NCBI GenBank assembly: GCA_946623125.1
Contig: CAMOQR010000004.1
Coordinates: forward strand, 1-51,501
Reading direction: 5' to 3'
From: an uncultured Bacillales bacterium
Lineage (GTDB): Bacteria > Bacillota_I > Bacilli_A > RF39 > UBA660
Length of the DNA stretch: 51,501 nt
Each line of letters opens with the position of its first letter. The first letter of the stretch is position 1. The translations under genes were made by a program, and so were the position numbers. Below, piece after piece: positions 29,540-38,444 of this stretch. The notes under the pieces are model-generated. The model was not told the DNA's origin, did not search any database, and saw only the letters and a list, made by a program, of their open reading frames with translations.

Positions 29540-30520
29540 ATGTCATTCATCGAGGTTAGACAGATATCAAAAACTTTTAGAATTGCTCGAAAAAAGAGTG
29601 GACTAAAAGAGTCTATAAAATCTTTCTTTAAGAGAGATTTTATTCATGTGAAGGCAGTAGAAGATATATCTTTTTCTATTGATGAGGGTGAGATTGTTGG
29701 CTATATTGGGCCCAATGGAGCAGGGAAGAGTACGACGATTAAAATCTTAAGTGGTATCTTAATCCCTGATTCTGGAGATTGTTTGATTGATGGTATTACT
29801 CCATGGAAGAATCGAGTTGAATATGTCAAAAGAATTGGTGTTGTTTTTGGGCAAAGAAGTCAATTATGGTGGGATTTACCAGCAGAGGATACATTTGATT
29901 TATTAAAAGATATTTATGAGATTCCAGAAGAAGAATATCAATCTACAAAAAATGATTTAGTCAATCGACTTAATCTTCAAGATATCATAAACATTCCTGT
30001 TAGACAATTAAGTCTTGGACAGAGAATGCGCTGTGAAATAGCAGCAAGTCTATTACATAATCCTAAAATATTATTTTTAGATGAACCTACAATTGGTTTA
30101 GATGCAGTATCTAAACAGATTGTAAGAGATTTTATTAAAAAATTAAATAAAGAAAAGAAAATCACAGTTATTTTAACAAGTCATGATATGGCAGATATTA
30201 CATCACTTTCAAAAAGAATTATTTTAATAGGAAATGGACATGTATTATATGATGGAAGCCTGAAAAAACTTCAAAATCGTTATGAGTGTGAAAAGTATAT
30301 TTCTATTAAAACAAAAGATAGGCTTTTCATTCATAAAAAAGGAATTTATCATAAAAAGAAAACGAAAGATGGTTATGATTTAACGATAAATACAAATGAA
30401 ATTAGTATTTCTGAATTGTTAAATGTAATTTCAAAAAAGATTACGATAGATGATATTGAGATTGAAACGGATAATATTGATAATATTATTGTAAAACTAT
30501 ATAAGGATTATCAAATATGA
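29540..30520 (+). CDS. ABC exporter ATP-binding subunit
   Basis: GPNGAGKST, VVFGQRSQLWWD, LSLGQRMR, LDEPT; ATG at 29540 downstream of AAAGGAG. Confidence 0.93.
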   Translation: MSFIEVRQISKTFRIARKKSGLKESIKSFFKRDFIHVKAVEDISFSIDEGEIVGYIGPNGAGKSTTIKILSGILIPDSGDCLIDGITPWKNRVEYVKRIGVVFGQRSQLWWDLPAEDTFDLLKDIYEIPEEEYQSTKNDLVNRLNLQDIINIPVRQLSLGQRMRCEIAASLLHNPKILFLDEPTIGLDAVSKQIVRDFIKKLNKEKKITVILTSHDMADITSLSKRIILIGNGHVLYDGSLKKLQNRYECEKYISIKTKDRLFIHKKGIYHKKKTKDGYDLTINTNEISISELLNVISKKITIDDIEIETDNIDNIIVKLYKDYQI

Positions 30521-31320
30521 GGGCTTATTTTACTTATTTTAAATTAAAATTTATTAGTAGTCTTCAATATCGTATGGCAGCTCTTGCCGGAATTGCAACT
30601 CAATTTTTCTTTGGTTTTGTATATATTATGGTATATATTGCTTTTTATGAATCTGGTAGTCATCATACTCCAATGAGTATGGCTCAAGTTGTTACTTATT
30701 TATGGTTAAATCAAGCGTTACTTGCTTTGGTGAATCAATTTTCAAGAGAGGAAGAATTATTTAAAATCATTAAAGATGGAGGAATTTCTTATGAGTTAAT
30801 CAGACCTAAGAACTTATATTTTATGTGGTATTTTAAGGTGATTGGACAAAGACTTGCGAATGTTTTATTAAGGTTTTTTCCCTTAATTATTGTAACATCT
30901 CTTTTACCAAGTCCATTTCATTTTGGACTTCCAGCATCTTTTTCCCATTTTTTATTATTTCTTTTTTCATTAGTACTTGGTACTTTACTTGTCACTGCAC
31001 TTACTGTGTTTTATCCTATTGTCACTTTAACAACTATGAATGAAAAAGGAATTGTTAATTTAATGATATCCATTGCCGATATCTTATCTGGAATTGTTGT
31101 TCCTATTCCTTTTTTTCCTACATTTTTACAAAAAATCTCTTCTTTTTTACCTTTTCAATATATTAGTGATTTACCATTTCAATTATATGTTGGTACAATT
31201 TCTTTTGAAAAAGGTCTTTTTGGTATGATGATTCAATTTATTTGGATTATCTTATTTCTAATTATTGGTAACTTTTTCATGAATCAATCATTAAAAAGAG
31301 TTACAGTACAGGGAGGATAA
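30517..31320 (+). CDS. ABC-2 family permease (DUF990-type)
   Basis: Six TM helices, G.I.YELIRP, LPFQY, QGG terminus; coupled to the ATPase gene. Confidence 0.88.
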   Translation: MRAYFTYFKLKFISSLQYRMAALAGIATQFFFGFVYIMVYIAFYESGSHHTPMSMAQVVTYLWLNQALLALVNQFSREEELFKIIKDGGISYELIRPKNLYFMWYFKVIGQRLANVLLRFFPLIIVTSLLPSPFHFGLPASFSHFLLFLFSLVLGTLLVTALTVFYPIVTLTTMNEKGIVNLMISIADILSGIVVPIPFFPTFLQKISSFLPFQYISDLPFQLYVGTISFEKGLFGMMIQFIWIILFLIIGNFFMNQSLKRVTVQGG

Positions 31321-32097
31321 ATGAAATTATATTTAAAATCACTTTCTATGCATCTTAGAGGAGAATTAGAATATCGTGTAAATTTTATTTTATCTTTTCT
31401 ATCCCAAATATTTGTTTTTTTTACTTATTATTTTATTATTCTTGCTTTATTTACAAAGTTTGATCATATTAAAGGTTTTACTTTATATGAAGTATTATTA
31501 TGTTTTAGTATTATACAATTTGGTTTTTCTTTTAATGAAGTTTTTGCTAGAGGAATTGATAAGTTTGATGTTTTAATTATACATGGTAATTTTGATCGAC
31601 TTTTATTAAGACCTAAGAATATCATTTTACAAGTTTTATGTAGTGATAGTGATTTTGTAAAAGTATCGAGAATGATTCAGGCTTTGATTGTTATGGGAAT
31701 TGCTCTTATTCATTTAGAGATTTCTTGGAATCTTTTTAGAATACTTTGCTTACTATTCATGTTGATTTCTAGTTGCGTTATTTTCTTTGGAATCTTTTTA
31801 GCCGCTGCAGCATATTGTTTCTTTACTGTTCAAGGGTTAGAAGTTAGAAATGTTTTTACTGATGGTGGAAAGCATATGGCTCAATATCCTATAGGGGTAT
31901 TTCAAAAAGGATTTGTGTTATTTTTTACTTTTGTTATTCCATATGCTTTTGTAAATTATTATCCTTTACTATATTTTCTTGGTAGAAGTAATTCTATTTA
32001 TTATGCTTTTTCTCCATTATTGGTTTTCTTCTTTTTATTTCCTTGTATTTTACTATTTTATTTTGGGATGAGGAGATATACTAGTGTAGGCTCTTAG
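31321..32097 (+). CDS. ABC-2 family permease (DUF990-type), second subunit
   Basis: GNFDRLLLRP, QYPI, YTSVGS terminus. Confidence 0.88.
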   Translation: MKLYLKSLSMHLRGELEYRVNFILSFLSQIFVFFTYYFIILALFTKFDHIKGFTLYEVLLCFSIIQFGFSFNEVFARGIDKFDVLIIHGNFDRLLLRPKNIILQVLCSDSDFVKVSRMIQALIVMGIALIHLEISWNLFRILCLLFMLISSCVIFFGIFLAAAAYCFFTVQGLEVRNVFTDGGKHMAQYPIGVFQKGFVLFFTFVIPYAFVNYYPLLYFLGRSNSIYYAFSPLLVFFFLFPCILLFYFGMRRYTSVGS

Positions 32098-32114
32098 GCC
32101 TACACTTTTCTTTT
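32083..32114 (+). terminator. Intrinsic terminator overlapping the stop codon
   Basis: AGTGTAGGC/GCCTACACT stem plus T-rich tail. Confidence 0.8.
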
Positions 32115-32147
32115 CGTTTATGATATACTTTTTTTAGGGTGAGAATG

Positions 32148-33428
32148 ATGAAGTTAGTTGCGGCGAAATGTCCTTCCTGTGGGGCAAATATTAATGTAGA
32201 TAGAAGTTTAAAATTTACAAAATGTGAGTATTGTAATACAGAAATATTGGTAGAAGAAGCAGTTGAAAATTTGTTAAAAGTTGAACTTAAAGATTCTCCT
32301 AGTTTGGATAATTATTTGAAACTTGGAAATCGTTATTATGAAAATCAAGAGTTTGAAGAAGCATACAAAGTATATTCTAAGGCAGAAGAAATTGATCCGG
32401 ATAATCCAATTGTTGTACTTCGAAGAGGTCTTTGTCGTTGTATGGTATCGGATTATAATAATCTTGATATTATGGCTGCGATAAATGGGATGAAGACGTC
32501 TTATGAGTTAATGAAAAAAATGAGGCTTTCAAAACAAGATATCAATCAAAGTATTAATGATACTGGGACAGTTTTATATTTAACAAAAAAATATATTGTA
32601 GATGTTTATAATCGAAATCAGTTGAATAAAGAACAAACAAAGGGATATATTGAAAGACTTGAAAAGTGTTTAGATGGTTATTTATATTTAGATCAAATTG
32701 TGGATGGAGATTCTGAATTAGAGGAAAAAATTGTTCATTCTATTATTGAAATTATTGATATTATTTTAGGTAATGCGAATAATTCCAAATATCAATTAAG
32801 TAGTTCTTATATGAATGAATTAAAAGCAAAAAAGAAAGAATATTTAAATCGAGTAGGAAAGACTTCTTATTCTGTTAAAAATACTATTTCAAAAGAAAAG
32901 GTAGTTGGAGTAGAGAGTAAAACATCTATTGTTTGGGATATTGTTTGTTATATTACTATCTTTTTCCTTTTTATTATGTTTTTAGGTTCTTTATTTAATG
33001 GAGAAAGTTTCATTACGATTTTTACTTGGTTTTTTGCTATTATTAGTTTTATTCCTCCATTAAAAAGATTTTTGATGAAGAAGTTTGGTAGTAATATGGG
33101 AATGATTGTAATTATTGTGAGAGTAATATTACTACTTGGTGCATTTATTCTTTTAGCCAGTGGACCTGTTGAATTTGAAAATACTTTTAAAGGAGAAGAT
33201 GGGACTACTATTATTTTAAAAGAGGGAAAAGTATCTATTACGAAGGAAGATACTGTAATTCAAGGAACCTATCATTGGGATACTAAAGATAATGATTATT
33301 ATATTCATGTTCAAGGAAAAAATTTAGATGAAGATATGGAGTATCGATATCGACCTAGTGAAGATGGTGGTAGCCTATGTCTTTTAGAGAATGATCAATG
33401 TTCGATGATTTATTTACCGGTAAAGTAA
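32148..33428 (+). CDS. Zinc-ribbon and TPR membrane protein
   Basis: CPSCG..CEYC; TPR-like LGNRYY..EFEEA..YSKA.EIDP; three TM helices and a small C-terminal beta domain. Start could be 32139-32148. Confidence 0.75.
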   Translation: MKLVAAKCPSCGANINVDRSLKFTKCEYCNTEILVEEAVENLLKVELKDSPSLDNYLKLGNRYYENQEFEEAYKVYSKAEEIDPDNPIVVLRRGLCRCMVSDYNNLDIMAAINGMKTSYELMKKMRLSKQDINQSINDTGTVLYLTKKYIVDVYNRNQLNKEQTKGYIERLEKCLDGYLYLDQIVDGDSELEEKIVHSIIEIIDIILGNANNSKYQLSSSYMNELKAKKKEYLNRVGKTSYSVKNTISKEKVVGVESKTSIVWDIVCYITIFFLFIMFLGSLFNGESFITIFTWFFAIISFIPPLKRFLMKKFGSNMGMIVIIVRVILLLGAFILLASGPVEFENTFKGEDGTTIILKEGKVSITKEDTVIQGTYHWDTKDNDYYIHVQGKNLDEDMEYRYRPSEDGGSLCLLENDQCSMIYLPVK

Positions 33429-33435
33429 AATATGT

Positions 33436-33463
33436 AAAGTAGGTATGGGAACCTACTTTTTTT
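33436..33463 (+). terminator. Intrinsic terminator
   Basis: AAAGTAGGT/ACCTACTTT stem plus T tract. Confidence 0.82.
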
Positions 33464-33503
33464 ATGAAATTGATGATATACTTTATTTAAGATAGAGGTG
33501 TTT

Positions 33504-35837
33504 ATGAGGAAAATATACTTTACTTTGATTAGTATTTTTTTGTTTTTAGTTATACCGGTTGTTCATGCTGAGTCTAAATATTTATATGATGTCTTAAAAG
33601 AAGAAGCAGAAAGTGGAGGATTAGCCAAAGAATACACGAGAGAACATCATGATTCTTTTACTAAAGATCCAACTCATCAAATATACCACTGGTATGCCAC
33701 AACAGAAGAAGAGGGATATGCAATTAATCGTAAAAATAATATAAAATTAGGTGATTATTGTTGGAAGATAATTAGAACTACTGATACAGGAGGAGTAAAA
33801 GCACTATTTAATGGTATTTCAACAAATGGAGAATGCAATGGTAATAATATGTCAATTGGTAAGGCTAACTATACTAGATATGAAGATCTATATTACACAG
33901 GAACAGCAGGATATATGCACAATGAATTATATAGTCCAGCAGAAATAGATTTTTTTAAGTTTGGAAAACTAAATCAAAATGGAAATAAAATTGCTGAAGA
34001 TGAATATACTGTAATTAGTAATAGTATTTCAGGTAAGACATGTAAACCATATTCATTTAATAGTTCAAATGAATGGACACTAAATACAGACTGTTTATAT
34101 TATAATACAAGTATTACCTTAAAAGTAAATACTGCCGGTGATTATATCATTAATTATTCTTTTGATCCGGACTGGGATATAGACTCTTTGACTATATATA
34201 AAAACAATGTAGTAATAAATAATATTGGATTTGAAAGCAATAGTTCAATCATATTAAATGATATAAAAACAACAGATGAAATAAAAGTAGAGTTTGAACC
34301 ATATAGACCATCAGATAATCGAACTGACTTAACTTTTAGTGTAGATAGACCAGTTGGTGAAATAATAGATACAAGGTATTATTTTGGAAATGATGTTATT
34401 TATTCAAATGGTGTCTATACCTTAAAAGACTATGTAAGAAATGATGGAACACAGACATTAAAAAATACACATTATTTTTGTAGAGATGGTTCTCTATCCT
34501 GTGAAAGTGTATTATATCTAATTAATTGGACTGATGATTTAAGAGTTGATTATTTAGAATTTACTGAGGGTAAGAAAATAGAAAATTTAGTTAATGATCA
34601 ATTATATGGAGAAAATAAAAATAAGATTAATTCCCCTCTAAAAGATTTAATTGATACTTGGTATGAACAACATATGCTGGCTTATTCTAAGTATTTTGAA
34701 GATACAATCTTCTGTCAAAAGATGATGCCAATCGATAATAATTGTTACATTAATAAAGATGGAGGAAGGGGAGTCTTAGAATTCATAAAACAATATAGTC
34801 ATGCTAGTTCTGATACTGAAGATTATTTATATGATTCTACTTTAAAATGTGATCATGAAAATGGGATGTATAGCATGTCTAATCCAAGGGCTAAACTGAA
34901 ATATCCAGTTGGACCTATGAGCTTTGCAGAGACATTGTTATTATCAGATGGTAATTATACTCATAAAGGTGCTTCAGTATTGAAATTTCCTGGAACTAAT
35001 GATTTCTATAGTTATTGGATTTTAACTAATCAATTTACAGGTACAAGAAATTATGGAATGGCTTTAGGTCAAAGTGGAAATGCTAGTTATAGTTATGGCG
35101 CTAATTCCAACTCAGTTGTACCAATGGTTTCATTAAGACCAGAAGTGTATTATTTAAGTGGAGAAGGAAGTGTGAATAAACCATATATTATTAGTTCCAA
35201 ATTGAAATATAAGGTGGATGTATTAATCAAAAATGAAACACAAGATTTAACTATTAATTTAACAGACTTAACACAAGTAGAAGAAGGTACAAAAGTAGAT
35301 TTTAAGGTAACTCCAATAAAAGGTTATAAAGTAGTAGATTTAAAAATAGTTGATGAAGATAATAATGAAGTAGAATATTCTACTGAGAATAATAAATATA
35401 TTTTTACCATGCCATATCAAAATGTAACTATAATTCCTTCCTATGAAAGAGTATCCAATGCTATTAGTATAGAAGAGAATAAGAATACTAAGGAAATAGT
35501 AATAGAAGTAAATGATTCTAAAGCGGTAATATATGAAAATACTGTTAAGTTTACTGTAACTCCAGAAGAAGGATATGAAGTAGAATCAATTGAAATAATT
35601 GATCAAGGTAATAATAAAATAGCATGTAAGAAAACCAAAAATGATAATGAATATGAGTTTATTATGCCAGATACGGATGTTGTGATAAAGCCATTTTATA
35701 AAAAAATTACAAAAGAAGAGAATATTACAAATCCAATGACTGGTAAATTATTATTTCAAATTTTTGTATTTGATATTTTATTTATTTGTATTATGATATG
35801 TTATTTTTGTTATAAATCATTAAAGAAAGTTTCTTAA
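33504..35837 (+). CDS. Cell-wall-anchored surface protein with two divergent InlB B-repeat-like domains and an NPMTG sorting signal
   Basis: Signal peptide ending VHA; CWKIIRT..TGGVK motif; two V.F.VTP..GY.V...Y.F.MP..V.I.P repeats; NPMTG, TM and KSLKK tail. Confidence 0.8.
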   Translation: MRKIYFTLISIFLFLVIPVVHAESKYLYDVLKEEAESGGLAKEYTREHHDSFTKDPTHQIYHWYATTEEEGYAINRKNNIKLGDYCWKIIRTTDTGGVKALFNGISTNGECNGNNMSIGKANYTRYEDLYYTGTAGYMHNELYSPAEIDFFKFGKLNQNGNKIAEDEYTVISNSISGKTCKPYSFNSSNEWTLNTDCLYYNTSITLKVNTAGDYIINYSFDPDWDIDSLTIYKNNVVINNIGFESNSSIILNDIKTTDEIKVEFEPYRPSDNRTDLTFSVDRPVGEIIDTRYYFGNDVIYSNGVYTLKDYVRNDGTQTLKNTHYFCRDGSLSCESVLYLINWTDDLRVDYLEFTEGKKIENLVNDQLYGENKNKINSPLKDLIDTWYEQHMLAYSKYFEDTIFCQKMMPIDNNCYINKDGGRGVLEFIKQYSHASSDTEDYLYDSTLKCDHENGMYSMSNPRAKLKYPVGPMSFAETLLLSDGNYTHKGASVLKFPGTNDFYSYWILTNQFTGTRNYGMALGQSGNASYSYGANSNSVVPMVSLRPEVYYLSGEGSVNKPYIISSKLKYKVDVLIKNETQDLTINLTDLTQVEEGTKVDFKVTPIKGYKVVDLKIVDEDNNEVEYSTENNKYIFTMPYQNVTIIPSYERVSNAISIEENKNTKEIVIEVNDSKAVIYENTVKFTVTPEEGYEVESIEIIDQGNNKIACKKTKNDNEYEFIMPDTDVVIKPFYKKITKEENITNPMTGKLLFQIFVFDILFICIMICYFCYKSLKKVS

Positions 35838-35854
35838 GATAGAGACTTTTTCTT

Positions 35855-35905
35855 TTATAAATTATAATTATAATGTTTGACTTTTTTATAAAACTAAAAT
35901 ATAAT
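35855..35905 (+). promoter_or_regulatory. Sigma-A promoter of the LysR operon with adjacent LysR-type box
   Basis: TTGACT (35877)-N17-TATAAT (35900); ATAA-N7-TTAT at 35857-35871. Confidence 0.65.
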
Positions 35906-35923
35906 ATGACCCGAGGGGATTCT

Positions 35924-36817
35924 ATGAATACGGATTATAATTTATATAAGATTTTTTTGTATCTTTATGAGGAGAAGAGTATATCGAAAACTGCTAGTAA
36001 GTTGTATGTATCTCAACCTGCTATTAGTTATAGTTTAAAGGAGTTAGAGAACCAGTTGGGTTATACTTTATTTTATCGTAATAGTAAGGGAATAGAACCT
36101 ACTTTAGAGGCAACTGAGCTTTATTCTTATATTTCTACTGCTTTTAATATCTTACATGATGCAGAGGAACATATTAAGAATTTGAATAGTTTAAATATTG
36201 GTTGTATTCGAATTGGTACGCCATCTCATATTGGTATTTTCTATTTATCTCATTTTATAGCAGATTTTCGTAAATTATATCCAGGTATTCGTTTTGAGAT
36301 TATTTGTAAATCTACATCAGATATGGTTGATATGCTTGAGACTAGAAAACTAGACTTAATTGTTGATACTTTACCTATTAATAGTAAGAAAAATGTTACA
36401 AAAGTTACTCTTGCAAAACTACAAAATTGTTTTGCTTATAATAAAAATATTATGAAGAATGTTCATATTCAATCTGTTGAAGATTTACTTAATTATCCAT
36501 TAATTTTACCAAGCGCAACTTCTTCTATTCGTTTAAAGCTTGATGAATATATGGAATCTCAAAATACTAAATTAGTTCCTATCTTAGAGAGTTGGACAAC
36601 TGAAATTATGTTGGAGATGGTTCGAAGAGGAGTAGGAATTGGTTATTTTATTAAAAATGTAATTGAAACACAGGCAGATCAAGATAATTTTGAGGTTATT
36701 ACTTTTGATAATGATATGCCGTCTGTTGATGTATGTTGTGTTTATATTGATGACTTTTTAACAACAGCAACTCATAAATTTATAGATTTATTAACTAATG
36801 ATAAAGTAGGGGATTAA
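35924..36817 (+). CDS. LysR family transcriptional regulator
   Basis: SISKTASKLYVSQPAISYSLKELE.QLG..LFYR HTH; ATG at 35924 after GAGGGG. Confidence 0.93.
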   Translation: MNTDYNLYKIFLYLYEEKSISKTASKLYVSQPAISYSLKELENQLGYTLFYRNSKGIEPTLEATELYSYISTAFNILHDAEEHIKNLNSLNIGCIRIGTPSHIGIFYLSHFIADFRKLYPGIRFEIICKSTSDMVDMLETRKLDLIVDTLPINSKKNVTKVTLAKLQNCFAYNKNIMKNVHIQSVEDLLNYPLILPSATSSIRLKLDEYMESQNTKLVPILESWTTEIMLEMVRRGVGIGYFIKNVIETQADQDNFEVITFDNDMPSVDVCCVYIDDFLTTATHKFIDLLTNDKVGD

Positions 36818-36818
36818 T

Positions 36819-38444
36819 ATGGATTATTTATTAAGTGATGAAAGAGAAATATCAAATCATGATTATGAAATTAGAAAAAAATTATATTCAGAGTTTATGA
36901 GTTTGCCTGATAATTTTGTTTCTAAAATGCGTCATTTACAACCTCAAGTTGGATGTTTTAATAATTGTAGTTTTTGTAGTAAGTTTTCTGTTTGTAAGAG
37001 TGAGTATTGGTCACTTAATTCTCTTCGTAATGTAATTGCAGCATTAAAGTATACGGCTCGTAATTATACTGCAGATGATTTGCTTTTAGCATGGGATAGA
37101 AGAGAACATCGTATTGGAGTTATTTTTCCATATTTAAATAATGATATTGCTTTATATCCTTATTTAGATCATTATATTGATCTTTGTTATCGTGAGTTAG
37201 GTGTTCGTACTCGTATTTCTACCGTATCTTTTTCCAGACATAATAGGGCTTTAAATGAGATGCATAGGAGAATCTGTTCTAATGATTTGTTTTATGCTCT
37301 TGCAGGAGTACGTTTATCTATTAGTCAATATGGTCGTGTTTGGGAAGAAAAGTGTTCTAAAAATTCTTTAGAAGATTATAGTCGTGACTTGGCTAATTTC
37401 TTAGATATTTATCGTCCTTATTATGAAAAGTTTGGTACTGGTTCTCGAAAGATGTGTTGTGAACTTCGTTTTAATCCATTGGTTGAAAATGCTAAAGTAT
37501 TGACTTTTTCTTATCAAAATCATTTTGTGATTGCTGTTGCAAATTACTTATTTGTATCAAAAAATCCTAATATTTCTTTTGAGGAATGTTTTATTAAAGA
37601 TCCTTATGATCATTCTCTTTCTTTCACTACAGATGGAATTCAATTTTTAGAATATAATTTAGATTTTATAGTAGATAATGAAGATGGTGTTATTCATTAT
37701 TTAGAAAATAATCCTTCTCATGATAGAGAAGTGGAAGCATATCTTTTTAAAAATCGTGATGGAATTTATTATTCTATTGATCCAAGACTTACACCAGAAG
37801 GAAATTATGGTATGCAAATATATCCAGAGACTGATGTTCGTCTTCGTTCTGGGTACATTATTACAGAAAGATTCTTTTTAAATGCGTTATATAATTTTAA
37901 AAAGAGTAGAGGATTTACTTTAAAAGATTTAATTGTAGGTAGTTCTTTTGATGATTGTGATGAGGTTGTTAATATCTTAAAAGAATATTCTAAATATTAT
38001 AGTGAAATTGGGAAAAATGAGAAGAGTTCTTATATTTTAGAACATGTTATTCCAATAATTGAGGTTTATATTAAAGCCCTTAAATATTCCAATTATTCTT
38101 CTGATGTATTTTTTGATAAATATTTTACAATTGATACTGGTATGATTTGTAATCTAGGAAGAGCCATTAATTTATTTAAAGGAATTACAAAATTTGTAAA
38201 TGAACCATTAACTCCTATTCATGAGAGAAATTATGGTAGACATTGTTCTACTATGAAACAAGAGAATTATGTTTGGTTATTAGGATGTGATTTTCATAAT
38301 ACTGTGTTAATTGAAAAACTAGATTTATTTAATACGGCATCTGTTGAGGGACAAGTATCTTTTAAAAGAAAGATTGTTTTAGATGATTTTAATATGAAAA
38401 TAGAAGAAGATGAAAAATACTTATATCCAGGAGAGGTTATCTAA
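36819..38444 (+). CDS. Radical SAM superfamily protein of unknown function
   Basis: QVGCFNNCSFCS carries the CxxxCxxC motif at 36954-36977. Confidence 0.75.
   Translation: MDYLLSDEREISNHDYEIRKKLYSEFMSLPDNFVSKMRHLQPQVGCFNNCSFCSKFSVCKSEYWSLNSLRNVIAALKYTARNYTADDLLLAWDRREHRIGVIFPYLNNDIALYPYLDHYIDLCYRELGVRTRISTVSFSRHNRALNEMHRRICSNDLFYALAGVRLSISQYGRVWEEKCSKNSLEDYSRDLANFLDIYRPYYEKFGTGSRKMCCELRFNPLVENAKVLTFSYQNHFVIAVANYLFVSKNPNISFEECFIKDPYDHSLSFTTDGIQFLEYNLDFIVDNEDGVIHYLENNPSHDREVEAYLFKNRDGIYYSIDPRLTPEGNYGMQIYPETDVRLRSGYIITERFFLNALYNFKKSRGFTLKDLIVGSSFDDCDEVVNILKEYSKYYSEIGKNEKSSYILEHVIPIIEVYIKALKYSNYSSDVFFDKYFTIDTGMICNLGRAINLFKGITKFVNEPLTPIHERNYGRHCSTMKQENYVWLLGCDFHNTVLIEKLDLFNTASVEGQVSFKRKIVLDDFNMKIEEDEKYLYPGEVI

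Noticed and set aside
29475-29606. 43-codon out-of-frame ORF (MTDTPWCL...) as a leader peptide
   Set aside because: It has no RBS and overlaps the ATPase gene; the RNA hairpin explains the region better.
36819-38444. Calling the radical SAM protein rlmN, cfr, viperin or cofG/H
   Set aside because: Size and missing family-defining motifs (e.g. MGMGEP) do not support a specific name.
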